Shown: positions 17,829-27,990, counted from the stretch's first letter. The stretch is DNA of 64,000 bases from Clostridia bacterium (GCA_045537895.1 JAZSQI010000042.1:7111-71110), one strand, 5' to 3'. Notes: generated from the letters alone by a model not told the origin. A program made the numbers and translations.

Positions 17829-18695
17829 CTATTTATTTTTACAAGCAACTATGTGCAATTTTCCTTCATTTTCTTCTATTTCCAACATCCTAGATGAAAA
17901 TTTAGATGCATTTTCTTTAACATATTTTTGTATTTCACTATACTCTGTTACTTCTGAAACTTTTTTTATTACTTTATCATTACTCTTTATTGCTAATGCT
18001 GCATTTTCAATATCTTTCAAAGTCTCTGAAATATCTAAAACATAATCAATAACTTCTACACTATATTTATTATCATTTTTTACTATATCGTATATAATAT
18101 AATGCGGTTCATCTTCCACCATCAATCCATGATGCTTAACTGTATAATATTGTCCTTCTTCATCCCAATATGCACCTAATATATTAGTTCCTGGTTCTTT
18201 TTTTAAGTTTGTTCCGAATAAATCTTTAGCATTAGATATTATTTCCCATTTATATACCATTTCTAAATTTTGACATTGCATAAATGCTACTCTCCAAAGC
18301 CATTCTTCATCTGCTTCGTTAATGTCTGTAAAATTAGGTATTACTCCTCCAGTTCCATATAAATATATTTTTTCAATATATTCTTCTATCGAAACTCTTT
18401 CTATATTTGTAATTTTTTCTACCTTATTTTGACTTTCATTTTTATTAGAATTTGAATTACTTGTATTTTCTTGTTTTTTATTTTCACTAGTAACATCATC
18501 TTCTACTTTTTCAACATCTGAAATCTCATTTTTATTAGCAATGTTAGAGTTTTGCTTTTCTATTTCATTATTATTAGTTTTTTTACCAATTGAACTTAAT
18601 CCCCATGCAAGTGATATTCCTACTACTAATATAAAGAAGAATATCATTAATCCTAATACTACATTATACTTTTTATCTTTTTCCATATATAACAA
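17829..18695 (-). CDS. Membrane-anchored extracytoplasmic protein, hypothetical
   Basis: N-terminal TM helix (VVLGLMIFFFILVVGISLAWGL), then a low-complexity N/S/K/E linker and a globular domain. Confidence 0.5.
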   Translation of the reverse strand: MLYMEKDKKYNVVLGLMIFFFILVVGISLAWGLSSIGKKTNNNEIEKQNSNIANKNEISDVEKVEDDVTSENKKQENTSNSNSNKNESQNKVEKITNIERVSIEEYIEKIYLYGTGGVIPNFTDINEADEEWLWRVAFMQCQNLEMVYKWEIISNAKDLFGTNLKKEPGTNILGAYWDEEGQYYTVKHHGLMVEDEPHYIIYDIVKNDNKYSVEVIDYVLDISETLKDIENAALAIKSNDKVIKKVSEVTEYSEIQKYVKENASKFSSRMLEIEENEGKLHIVACKNK

Positions 18696-18757
18696 CCTCC
18701 ATCTTTCGTTTTATATTTAAAATAATATAACATTTTTTATAATTTTAGCAAGTGTTT

Positions 18758-19921
18758 CTATTCCAATATTATATTTTCTTTATTTTTATGTTTAACACTT
18801 ACATCTTCATTATTTTGTTGTTCTGTCTTACTTATATCTGCAACATTTTCCTTTAAAGAATTTACAAATTTATTTTTTGTTTTTTCTAATATTTTTTCTA
18901 ATTCGGAAATTTCTCTTTCTTGGAATAATATAATATTTTTTTCTTTATATTCAATAGTTTCTATACTATCTACTTTATCACTTTGTCTTGTATATGATTT
19001 TATTCTTTTATTTACTCGTTTTTCTAAATTTTGTGCATCTTTAATCTCACCATTTGAATATAATTCATTAATTTCAAAAAGCAAGTTTTCATCTTCTAAC
19101 TCCATTTGAGCAGATACTTTTTCAAAAAACAATTCTGCATTAGGACACTCTCTGCCATACATTCCAATTGCTAATTCTTTCATTCCTACTACTTGCTCAA
19201 TTTTTTGTATAAATTTTGTATGCTCTGAATGTGCAAATGGTAAATTCCTAATATCATATTTATTACAACATTTTCTAGTTAAAGTTTCTGCAACTCCCTC
19301 ATTAGAAAATCCAAATATATGCATAGCCTCGTGTGGCATTGCATCCAAGAAAAATTCAATATCAGTAGATTTATTTAATGCTAGATAAGTAATATAATCA
19401 ATTGGCATTAATTCATTTTCTATTTTTTCACTTTCAAGATACAAAAAATCATTGTTTCCATTTTTTATTTTATCAATTTTTCCATTATATTCACTTACTT
19501 TTTTGCCATTTCTATCAAATCTAATTCTTCCATTTTTGTCTTTTGAATATGTTAATTCAGAGTTTAATTTTTTTATAGCCTCTGCTGTTCCTGATGCAAG
19601 TTCCATACCACCACTATGTCCAAAAGCATCTATATCATTATGCTTTCTTATAGTAATATTTGTATTATATTTTTCTCTGCCTTCTAAATAATAAAATTCC
19701 TTATCATAAATTAATAGTATTTTATTAAGTTCATATTTCATTATTTGTGAAGCCATTTCGTTTAATTTAAATTCACCATTTTCTTCTTCTATTGCAGATA
19801 TATTGTTTTGTTTCATATATTGTATAATACTTTCAATCATACCATTTATAATAGTATTATTCTTCTTTATTTTCTCTGCATACGACATTAAGTTACTCCT
19901 CTCATAACAAACCATACTCAA
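18758..19921 (-). CDS. Hypothetical protein with an HExxH motif
   Basis: DAMPHEAMHIFGF is a possible zincin motif. There is no signal peptide. Confidence 0.4.
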   Translation of the reverse strand: MSMVCYERSNLMSYAEKIKKNNTIINGMIESIIQYMKQNNISAIEEENGEFKLNEMASQIMKYELNKILLIYDKEFYYLEGREKYNTNITIRKHNDIDAFGHSGGMELASGTAEAIKKLNSELTYSKDKNGRIRFDRNGKKVSEYNGKIDKIKNGNNDFLYLESEKIENELMPIDYITYLALNKSTDIEFFLDAMPHEAMHIFGFSNEGVAETLTRKCCNKYDIRNLPFAHSEHTKFIQKIEQVVGMKELAIGMYGRECPNAELFFEKVSAQMELEDENLLFEINELYSNGEIKDAQNLEKRVNKRIKSYTRQSDKVDSIETIEYKEKNIILFQEREISELEKILEKTKNKFVNSLKENVADISKTEQQNNEDVSVKHKNKENIILE

Positions 19922-19939
19922 AAGTTCTACTGCATTTAA

Positions 19940-20302
19940 TTAATTTTTCTTTAATTTATTTATTTTTTTATCTACTTCTTCTAGTTCTTTATCGTAATAT
20001 TTATTAACATATTTTAATTGTTTCATTGATAATTTATTAAGAGTTTCAGGATTTTTTTCTACTGTATTTACAATATCTTTTATTGCATCTTCTTTTCCTG
20101 CATTCTCAACATTAGTTTGACTTTTTATTTCTTCTAAAAATGAATTATTGTTTTCTATTTTCATTTCATTTTCTACTACTTTTTCTTCATTTTTTTGTTC
20201 TTTATAAAATAAAGATTTTAGAAAACATTTTATTTTAGAAAAAATATTATTTTCTTTTACTGACAAAGAATTATTCCCCATACACATTTTCCCCTTGTTC
20301 AT
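19940..20302 (-). CDS. Hypothetical protein
   Basis: 120-aa ORF. The true start is probably an internal Met. Confidence 0.4.
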   Translation of the reverse strand: MNKGKMCMGNNSLSVKENNIFSKIKCFLKSLFYKEQKNEEKVVENEMKIENNNSFLEEIKSQTNVENAGKEDAIKDIVNTVEKNPETLNKLSMKQLKYVNKYYDKELEEVDKKINKLKKN

Positions 20303-20909
20303 CTCTATTTTTTTCTTCCAAAGTTTCTAATTCTAATCTTTTCTCTTTTAATCTTTCTCTTTTACCATTTATTTCTTCAATAATTTCATCTCTTGTTCCA
20401 AAATCAAATTCATCATAATCATCAAAATCATCAAATCCACCAAAATCATCAAATTCATCTTTATAATATTCTTCTGCTTCTAATGCCATTCTGTGTTCGC
20501 CTTCTCTGTTATAACCCTGTTTATCAAAACCTTTTTTATCATAGCCATACATATCATAGCCATCTTCATCAAAACCATCTTTGTCATAGCCTTCTCTATC
20601 GTAGCCTTCTCTATTATAGCCTTCTTCATTAAAACCAAGAAAGTTATATCCTTCTTCATCATATATCGTTCCTGTACGCTTATGGATTCCTGAAACATGA
20701 AAATCATTTTCATCATAACCATCTTTGTCATAGCCATTTATATCAAAACCATTATCATCAAAGCCATCTTTTTTATAGCCATATGTATCATATACTGTTC
20801 CTGTATCTTTATGAATGCCTTCTCTATCAAATCCATCTTCATTGTAGCCATATTGATCATAACCATCTTCATCATATACTAATTTTTCTTCCATAACATC
20901 TTCCTCCAT
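20271..20909 (-). CDS. Acidic G-[YF]-[DN] pentapeptide-repeat protein
   Basis: More than 25 units such as DGYDQ YGYNE DGFDR, interrupted twice by GIH[KR][DR]TGT[VI]YD. The other frames of the same repeat DNA give spurious ORFs. Confidence 0.55.
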   Translation of the reverse strand: MEEDVMEEKLVYDEDGYDQYGYNEDGFDREGIHKDTGTVYDTYGYKKDGFDDNGFDINGYDKDGYDENDFHVSGIHKRTGTIYDEEGYNFLGFNEEGYNREGYDREGYDKDGFDEDGYDMYGYDKKGFDKQGYNREGEHRMALEAEEYYKDEFDDFGGFDDFDDYDEFDFGTRDEIIEEINGKRERLKEKRLELETLEEKNRDEQGENVYGE

Positions 20910-20985
20910 ACATATTTTATAGTTTTATTTTTACACAAAACATAAAAATTGTCAATCTTTCTTAGTATTACATACTTAAACAATT

Positions 20986-21432
20986 CTATTTTTTAATAAT
21001 ATTTATAATATGTTCATTATTCTTATAATTAATTGTTTGCAATATAACCTTATCACCTACTGCATATTTTCTTTCTACTGGCTCTATTTCATAAAGAAGT
21101 CCAGTATCTTTAAAATTTAAATATGTTATAGTTCTGCTAGGTTTATATTCATCTACTTCTTGATTTATTTTCTCAAATCCAACAATTTCAGTTTCCAACA
21201 CTTTATAATCTTTTGCTTTAATACATTTTACTTTTGCCCTTTCTAAACCAGTAGTTGATTTTATTATAAAATGAATTCCTATTAAAGTAGCAATTGTTAA
21301 AATTTTTACTGCTACTTCTTTTTGAATAAATACAACTATAAATAAAACTACTATAATTGCTATTATGTATATTTTTCTACGAGTATTATATCTATTGATT
21401 ATTTGTTGATTGCTTTTTTCTATTTCATTCAC
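20986..21432 (-). CDS. Membrane protein, hypothetical
   Basis: Two TM helices followed by a beta-rich domain. Confidence 0.45.
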   Translation of the reverse strand: MNEIEKSNQQIINRYNTRRKIYIIAIIVVLFIVVFIQKEVAVKILTIATLIGIHFIIKSTTGLERAKVKCIKAKDYKVLETEIVGFEKINQEVDEYKPSRTITYLNFKDTGLLYEIEPVERKYAVGDKVILQTINYKNNEHIINIIKK

Positions 21433-21511
21433 TCTAAAATACCTCCTATAAAATTTAGAATTGATTTATATTTCTATCAATACTTCTACTTACCTACTAT
21501 TCATCTTTTAT

Positions 21512-22693
21512 CTAAAAATCAATTTCATATACACATTTATCATCCATTAAAGCAACGATGTATGAATTCATTAATGCTATCTTTTTAAGTTTATTATTTT
21601 TATTGTAGTCTGTTAATGTTGAATTATATTCTAATTTACTTATATCATCTTCACTTGCAGTATATATAGCCTTATCATCAAATTCAATTAACATATCTTC
21701 GTGAATAACTACATTTTTTATATCATCAGTTGTATATTCAGTAGGTAATGCTATTGTTATTTTATATTGGTCTTCTGGTGTTCCAAGTGTTGACATAGAA
21801 GCATCATCAGTATAAGTGTATAGATTTTTATTATCTCCTATTTTTTCAAATAATGGTCTTCTAAATTCCATACTACTACCATAACCATATACTTTTTCTA
21901 CATTATCTAACATTGCTACTTTTGTATTAGAACTAAGTGTTACATAGTTATCTTTGAATAAGAATGTTATACTAAGTCCTGTATCAAATACTCTACCATC
22001 TGATAAAACAAATATTAATTTACTATCACTTTCAATAAATATTTGTTTAATGTTATTTACTTTATTTCCTTCACCACCAATATCAAGATATAAAGGAACA
22101 TTTAATGTTTTATTTGTTACATTATTAGTTTGGTCTAACTCATATTTATCAACCACAAATGTATTACCTACATTTCTTATTACATTAAAAGAATTATTGT
22201 TTACACTTTCAGATGCATATATGGCATTATCTAAATTTACACCTTCTATTTCTTTAAATTTTGGCTCTGCACCTATTGATTCAAAATATTCACCATATAC
22301 CGCTTTTTTATTATTTGAATCTTCTAAAATCATTGTACTATTTTTTACAAAAAACATAGATTTTATATCTTTTGAAGTACTTAATATTTCTTCAAAATTA
22401 TAACCACCATATACTTTGTCTTTTGAACTCAAATATAAATCTTTTCCTGAACTCTTTATATCAAGTATTTTTCCATTTAATTCTTCTAATTTATATGACT
22501 CTTTTAAAACATCTGATGCATATTTATTAGATTTGCTTGTATTTACACTTCCAGAATTGCTACTACTTCCATTACTGCTTGAATCTATATTCATATCATC
22601 ACTATTTGAGCCTCCTAATGATACTCCTACTATTATGCCACCTATAATTATAACTGCAAATATTATAATTCCTATTAACATACTTTTTTTCAT
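21512..22693 (-). CDS. Secreted or membrane-anchored protein, hypothetical
   Basis: N-terminal signal or anchor (MLIGIIIFAVIIIGGIIVGV), an S/N-rich linker and a beta-rich body. Confidence 0.5.
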   Translation of the reverse strand: MKKSMLIGIIIFAVIIIGGIIVGVSLGGSNSDDMNIDSSSNGSSSNSGSVNTSKSNKYASDVLKESYKLEELNGKILDIKSSGKDLYLSSKDKVYGGYNFEEILSTSKDIKSMFFVKNSTMILEDSNNKKAVYGEYFESIGAEPKFKEIEGVNLDNAIYASESVNNNSFNVIRNVGNTFVVDKYELDQTNNVTNKTLNVPLYLDIGGEGNKVNNIKQIFIESDSKLIFVLSDGRVFDTGLSITFLFKDNYVTLSSNTKVAMLDNVEKVYGYGSSMEFRRPLFEKIGDNKNLYTYTDDASMSTLGTPEDQYKITIALPTEYTTDDIKNVVIHEDMLIEFDDKAIYTASEDDISKLEYNSTLTDYNKNNKLKKIALMNSYIVALMDDKCVYEIDF

Positions 22694-22713
22694 TATATAT
22701 CAACCTCTCTTGC

Positions 22714-23640
22714 TTATTTTCTTTCTTTTACACACATATTTAATGCCTTTATTAAATTAGGTGTATTTTTAAAACTCTTTGTTATTTTTATTTTATCTAA
22801 TCTTTTTGTTTTACCTGTTCTAAAATCAGCTGGTGTAAATCTAGTAACTGATTTTTCAATATACCCATATATTGTTATAGAGTTAAATGTTTCTTCTAAC
22901 TTTGTTATAGAATGAATATCGTAATATACCCAAGTTCTAAACATATCATTACGATGATCATCAGGTGCATAAGTACTATAATTTCCAAATAAATCTACAA
23001 TTTGATGACTATATTGAATTTTGCCATATTCTACTCTGAATCTTTCAGTTGATTTTTTAAGTAACTGAACAACAAATACTATACCTGCTATAATAACAAT
23101 TCCATAATATATTAATCCTATCTTTTCACTTTCAATATTGATTTTTGTTGGTAGCCATAATGCTACTAATATAAACAATATTTTATATATTAGATTATGA
23201 ATAAAATATTTTGTAAGTGAAAATGGAAATATATGCTCACTTGTTGGTGTATTAAAATAATTTAAAATTACACATACAAATGCAAATGTCCCTCCAAAAA
23301 ATGCTACTATTATACCTTTCTTTGATTCTTCATTTCCTACTTGTGTTGCAAGTAATAATATTAATATACAATAACCTATTATTGCTATTATTTTAACAAT
23401 AGGATTTCTCTTTTTTAGCCCATTTGTCGGCATTTCTTCATTTGAAATTTCTTCTTTCTCTTTGGATTCTTCAGCATAAACCTTATCTGCAATATAATCT
23501 ACTATATCTTTTGACTCCCTTATACCAATATTAAATTTTTCCATTCCTACTTTTATTGTAGCTTGTTTGTCTCTATTGGATTTGTAAAGAGAATATAAGT
23601 AATCATACTTTTCTTTATCAAAATTATTTTCTACATCCAT
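22714..23640 (-). CDS. Polytopic membrane protein, hypothetical
   Basis: About four TM helices between a soluble N-terminal domain and a C-terminal domain. Confidence 0.5.
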   Translation of the reverse strand: MDVENNFDKEKYDYLYSLYKSNRDKQATIKVGMEKFNIGIRESKDIVDYIADKVYAEESKEKEEISNEEMPTNGLKKRNPIVKIIAIIGYCILILLLATQVGNEESKKGIIVAFFGGTFAFVCVILNYFNTPTSEHIFPFSLTKYFIHNLIYKILFILVALWLPTKINIESEKIGLIYYGIVIIAGIVFVVQLLKKSTERFRVEYGKIQYSHQIVDLFGNYSTYAPDDHRNDMFRTWVYYDIHSITKLEETFNSITIYGYIEKSVTRFTPADFRTGKTKRLDKIKITKSFKNTPNLIKALNMCVKERK

Positions 23641-23680
23641 CTATTCAACCCCCATAAATTCATAATACCATATAATTTTC

Positions 23681-23719
23681 TTGCAGTAAATAGTTCATGT
23701 GAATATTTTGCAGTAAATA
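23681..23719. promoter_or_regulatory. Direct repeats TTGCAGTAAATA (2 copies), a putative operator or promoter
   Basis: Exact 12-mers at 23681-23692 and 23708-23719, upstream of the XRE gene. Confidence 0.35.
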
Positions 23720-23742
23720 ATATCATAATTATTAAAGAAAGT

Positions 23743-24036
23743 GTGGTATTTATGAAAATTAACTTTGAAAATTTAAGAGATTTGCTTATTTTTAATATAA
23801 AATATTATAGATATGTTAATGAACTATCACAAGAAAAACTTGCAGAACTATGCCAATTAAGTCCAAGATATATAACTGATGTTGAAAGAAGTTTACATTG
23901 TCCAACAATTCCTAAACTTGAAATAATTGCTAAAGCCTTAAATATCGAGCCATATCAGTTATTTATGAATACAGATAGAGATAAGAAAATAGTTGATAAA
24001 ATGAAATCATCTAGACAATATAATCAAAAAGCATAG
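23743..24036 (+). CDS. XRE-family HTH transcriptional regulator
   Basis: ELSQEKLAELCQLSPRYITDVERSLHCPTIPKLEIIAKALNIEPYQLF. The likely true start is the ATG at 23752. Confidence 0.75.
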   Translation: MVFMKINFENLRDLLIFNIKYYRYVNELSQEKLAELCQLSPRYITDVERSLHCPTIPKLEIIAKALNIEPYQLFMNTDRDKKIVDKMKSSRQYNQKA

Positions 24037-24078
24037 ATGCTGTATTATAACATCTATGCAAGCTGGTTATTTAATAAT

Positions 24079-24648
24079 TTATTTTTTTATAAAATCTTTT
24101 GCACTAACTCTTTTGTCAGCACCTTCATCTGCTTTATATAATTCATAGGTATTTCTAAATCCTAATATCCCTGCAAAAATAACATTAGGAAAACTTTGTA
24201 TTCCATTTCTATAACTTTGTACATTATTGTTATAATTTCTTCTTGCTGCATTTATTTGATTTTCTACTTCTACATTCGCATTCATTGCTATAGCAACTGC
24301 TTCTATGGATCTTAATTCAGGATAATTCTCACAAACCATTAAATATTCTTTATTCAATTTTGAAATTTCTTTATCCATATTAACTATATCTTTGCTTTCC
24401 TTATTATATTGTTCTTTTATACCTTCTTGTTTAGTTCTTAATTCAACAATTTCTTTATACAATTTACTTTCATGGTCAAAAGCTATATCTACTTGTTCGA
24501 ATAAATTACTCATCAAATCTAATCTTGTTTGCAAACAAGTATCTATTGTAGATAAAGCATTATCAACCGAATTTCTCTTATTAATCAAACTATTGTAACT
24601 TACAATAGCAAGTAAAACTATTATACCTACTACTATTATTATCCACAT
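24079..24648 (-). CDS. lemA: LemA family protein
   Basis: N-terminal TM helix, YNSLINKRNSVDNALSTIDTCLQTRLDL...YPELRS...ARRNYNNNVQSYRNGIQSFPNVIFAGILGF. Confidence 0.85.
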   Translation of the reverse strand: MWIIIVVGIIVLLAIVSYNSLINKRNSVDNALSTIDTCLQTRLDLMSNLFEQVDIAFDHESKLYKEIVELRTKQEGIKEQYNKESKDIVNMDKEISKLNKEYLMVCENYPELRSIEAVAIAMNANVEVENQINAARRNYNNNVQSYRNGIQSFPNVIFAGILGFRNTYELYKADEGADKRVSAKDFIKK

Positions 24649-24650
24649 AA

Positions 24651-25961
24651 TTATATTCCCCCTACAATTTCTCTATATGTGCCTTGAACAGACTTGTCCA
24701 TTTCATAATCACTTAATTTATTACTTTCTATAGCTTCTTTTAAACCGTTAACATCATCTTCTGTTATTAAGTATTTTTCAGGATAACAATTTAAATATTT
24801 TAGTATTAGTTTTTGTATTTCAATAAGTTCATAAAACCTATATAAGTAACTTATCTTTAAATCATTATTACTAAATAATGTAGGTTTAATTATTATATCT
24901 TTATAATGTTTTTTATTTCCACCTACCATACTTGTATTTAAAAGTTCTATATCTATTTTATTATTTGTAATAGCCATATTAAATCTACCATATTTTTTTC
25001 TAATATATGATATTAAATCTTCAACAACTGGTGTAACTATTTGCAGTGCTTCTACTTTTACATCTTTATTTTTATCATCACTAAATGCATAAAAATCAAA
25101 GCTTTTATTTAAATCTATTCTATTAAATTTTATCTCGTTTTTGTTTTCTTTTAAATTATCAATAGTATTTTCAGTTAAACGAGAAAGTAATGTGTCATCA
25201 TCTTTTATTAGTATTCTAAAATCTTTTAAATTTATATTATGCAGATTTTCAAATGTAAATACTACACCTGACGTTAGAATTTTTTCTTTTCTCTCGGTAT
25301 ATGTCACATACTTATCATCACCACTATAATTTTCAGCATTTGCTCTTTTTCTTCTTCGTTTTACTTTCTCGACTTTCATAGCAGTAGCATAATAAAAATC
25401 AATAGTAGTATCTGTATTATTATGCTTAAATCTTGCTATATTAGAAGTATAATATTCATCTGCATCAACAATTTTAGAAGTTTCAAACTGCTTTGTATTT
25501 ATAATACTCATTTTGTGTATATTATCATCTAATTCATCTAAGTATTTTTTTGTTTTTTCACCTTTTGCACCTTCTTTAAATTGTTCCCACATAGTCATTT
25601 TATTATATTCTTCTTCATTAAAATATTTCTTCTCTGCCACATCAACAGTAGACAACTCTATATCACTTAATTTAGCTATCATAAAAGGTATCTCAGTTCT
25701 ATAAAAGTTAGGATAACCTATTATAAATTTCTTACCAAACACTATGATTTCAAATATTATTCCTACAGCCATTATTCCAAGTCCTAAAAGTGGAGCTAAG
25801 AGCATGAAAAATATCGCAGGTATTCCCCATATAAGTGTTATTATAACAAGTTTTTTATATTGTTTTTTTATTTTATTTGCTTTCTTTAATAATTCCTTAA
25901 ATTCAGCTGAATTATATATTCCTTTAAATTCTTCAAATGTTTTTATATTTTGATTCATCAT
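24651..25961 (-). CDS. Membrane protein adjacent to LemA (possibly DUF3137-like)
   Basis: Two N-terminal TM helices and a large cytoplasmic domain, immediately upstream of lemA. Confidence 0.4.
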   Translation of the reverse strand: MMNQNIKTFEEFKGIYNSAEFKELLKKANKIKKQYKKLVIITLIWGIPAIFFMLLAPLLGLGIMAVGIIFEIIVFGKKFIIGYPNFYRTEIPFMIAKLSDIELSTVDVAEKKYFNEEEYNKMTMWEQFKEGAKGEKTKKYLDELDDNIHKMSIINTKQFETSKIVDADEYYTSNIARFKHNNTDTTIDFYYATAMKVEKVKRRRKRANAENYSGDDKYVTYTERKEKILTSGVVFTFENLHNINLKDFRILIKDDDTLLSRLTENTIDNLKENKNEIKFNRIDLNKSFDFYAFSDDKNKDVKVEALQIVTPVVEDLISYIRKKYGRFNMAITNNKIDIELLNTSMVGGNKKHYKDIIIKPTLFSNNDLKISYLYRFYELIEIQKLILKYLNCYPEKYLITEDDVNGLKEAIESNKLSDYEMDKSVQGTYREIVGGI

Positions 25962-25970
25962 CTTACTCCT

Positions 25971-27656
25971 CTATTCTTCGGTATATATTAATTTGCCGTC
26001 ATAGTTATATATATTATTATTATCAGTTCTAATATAATTTTCATATAAAACAGGAATTTCACCATCAAGTGATAGAATTATTTTCTCTTTAGATAAATCA
26101 TAAATATCTGTAACTTTATCTTTCTTTAAACAAATAACTGGTACATTTTCAACTCCACTTGCATCATCATATTTAAATTCTACTATGTTTTTTCCAGTTT
26201 CATCTATAATTCCTACTTTACCATTTGTATCAGCCACTACAAGATATTTCTTTCCTGTTAGTCTATATGTAAATTTTGATGTGTTTGCTTCCATTACACT
26301 AGAAAAATTATCTGCTATTTTATTTAAGTTTGAATCTACAATATATATATATTCCTCTTTATATTGATTTAAGTTTTTATCAAATTCGTGCTCTCTTATA
26401 GAATGAATTCCTTTAAAAATTTCACCATAAAGACTTTCTAATGATCTTCCTACTTCTATATGATATCCTACTTCTCTTATTTTTTCTTTTGTTTCAACAT
26501 TTATAAAAGCATGATTATCGTTACTATCTCCAACAGTGCTATCACCAACAAGTACTATATTATTACCTATTCCTGATTCCAAATCCATTCCTTTTATATT
26601 ACAAATATTTGTTTTATTTCCTTTTTTATCTACACTATAAAGTTCATCATTTTCTTCATATATTACTAAATTACTTAATAATACAACATTATTTTCATTT
26701 GATATGTCTAAAATCTTTTTATTAGTTTCCAAGCTATAAAAGATCGTATTATTTGCATTTTCATCTGAATCATACCTTACAATATTCTGTAAGTGAACTA
26801 TTCCTTCTTCATTTATATCTATTATGCTATGATCATTATCACTAACATATATAACTTCATTATCTTTTACAACTGCTGAATTCTGAACTTCATAATAATT
26901 ACCATATTTATTTATTTCAGAATATGACTCTGCACCTATTTCTTTTAATACCTTACCAGTTATGTTATTAATTATTTTGTTACAATTATCAAAGCTTAAT
27001 ACAGAGATTGAGTCGCAAGTATCTTCAACATCAAATTCTTCATTACTAGTAAGTATCTCTTTACCATTTACATCTAATAATCCATATTTACCATTGTTTT
27101 CAAAATATATTATGCCATTTTTTTCATCAATGTCTTCATAAGCATTTGATGTTACAACTTTTCCATCTTTATTTATTAACTTCTTTTGTCCATCATCAGT
27201 AGTAGCTATAAATATATTTGAATATTCACTGATTACATTTTGAGATTCATTATATCTATAAATATTACTAAACTCACCAAATTTAACTACTTCGTTACCT
27301 TTTGTGTCAATAATACCTTCTTCATAATCTTCATTATGTACTATAGCTAGACCATTTATATAATCTCCTGCAAATTCATATTTAAAATCAATTTTTTGAT
27401 TTCCATTAGTATCTATAAAACCATATTTTTCATCTTTATTTTTAACTGCTATATAATTTTCTTTATTATTAAAAGAATAATTTATTTCTGATTTAGAACT
27501 ACTTCCTACATTAAATATATTTGTAGTACCTGATTTAGAAGCTCCTTTTAATAAGAAAATTGCTCCAACTGCAATACCTAATATGATTATACATATTAGT
27601 ATTATAGATATTTTAGAAATACCTTTTTTATCTTTATTCATATACAATCCCTCCAA
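25971..27656 (-). CDS. Membrane-anchored WG-repeat (KWG-type) protein
   Basis: Repeats include YGFIDTNGNQKIDFKYEF, GIIDTKGNEVVKF, YGLLDVNGKEIL and VGIIDETGKNIVEFKYDDA. The likely true start is the second ATG, at 27641, after GGAGGG. Confidence 0.7.
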   Translation of the reverse strand: MEGLYMNKDKKGISKISIILICIIILGIAVGAIFLLKGASKSGTTNIFNVGSSSKSEINYSFNNKENYIAVKNKDEKYGFIDTNGNQKIDFKYEFAGDYINGLAIVHNEDYEEGIIDTKGNEVVKFGEFSNIYRYNESQNVISEYSNIFIATTDDGQKKLINKDGKVVTSNAYEDIDEKNGIIYFENNGKYGLLDVNGKEILTSNEEFDVEDTCDSISVLSFDNCNKIINNITGKVLKEIGAESYSEINKYGNYYEVQNSAVVKDNEVIYVSDNDHSIIDINEEGIVHLQNIVRYDSDENANNTIFYSLETNKKILDISNENNVVLLSNLVIYEENDELYSVDKKGNKTNICNIKGMDLESGIGNNIVLVGDSTVGDSNDNHAFINVETKEKIREVGYHIEVGRSLESLYGEIFKGIHSIREHEFDKNLNQYKEEYIYIVDSNLNKIADNFSSVMEANTSKFTYRLTGKKYLVVADTNGKVGIIDETGKNIVEFKYDDASGVENVPVICLKKDKVTDIYDLSKEKIILSLDGEIPVLYENYIRTDNNNIYNYDGKLIYTEE

Positions 27657-27666
27657 CTTCGCATCT

Positions 27667-27695
27667 AGAATACACTAAAAAAAAAAAAATGTCAA
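27667..27695 (-). promoter_or_regulatory. SigA-type promoter whose 17-nt spacer contains a T13 homopolymer
   Basis: On the minus strand: TTGACA, T13AGTG, TATTCT. On the plus strand this is A13 at 27677-27689. It drives the WG-repeat gene. Confidence 0.5.
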
Positions 27696-27790
27696 GAATA
27701 CATAAATATATTTTATAAAAAACAATTTGACAAAATACTACAATATTTTTATACAAAGTATGCTATAATTATACAAAGGAGTTGATAATT

Positions 27791-27940
27791 ATGAGTTTAA
27801 CAAATCTATTATTGATTCATATAAATAGAAATAAACTTAATACATTAATATTGAATAAAGCTCCATATGATAAAATACTTAAACAAAGTCAAAAATTAGA
27901 CAAATACATTTATAGACAAATGCTCATTATAAATCAATAA
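27791..27940 (+). CDS. Spo0E-like aspartyl-phosphate phosphatase family protein (49 aa)
   Basis: Below the track cutoff. RBS AAGGAG. My translation is MSLTNLLLIHINRNKLNTLILNKAPYDKILKQSQKLDKYIYRQMLIINQ, containing SQKLD (the family signature is SQELD). An upstream TTGACA and an extended -10 (tgctataat) are present. Confidence 0.55.
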   Translation: MSLTNLLLIHINRNKLNTLILNKAPYDKILKQSQKLDKYIYRQMLIINQ

Positions 27941-27947
27941 TAAAAAA

Positions 27948-27984
27948 ACAAATAGTACGAGATCAAACATCTTGTACTATTTGT
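27948..27984. terminator. Bidirectional intrinsic terminator
   Basis: A 16-bp stem (acaaatagtacgagat / atcttgtactatttgt) with a 5-nt loop, flanked by A and T runs. Confidence 0.7.
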
Positions 27985-27990
27985 TAATTT

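Noticed and set aside
20393-20882. Four overlapping ORFs (79, 85, 66 and 61 aa) in alternative frames of the G-[YF]-[DN] repeat gene.
   Set aside because: They are artefacts of the periodic repeat DNA staying open in several frames. Only the 212-aa frame has a start context, operon continuity and a non-degenerate C-terminal region.
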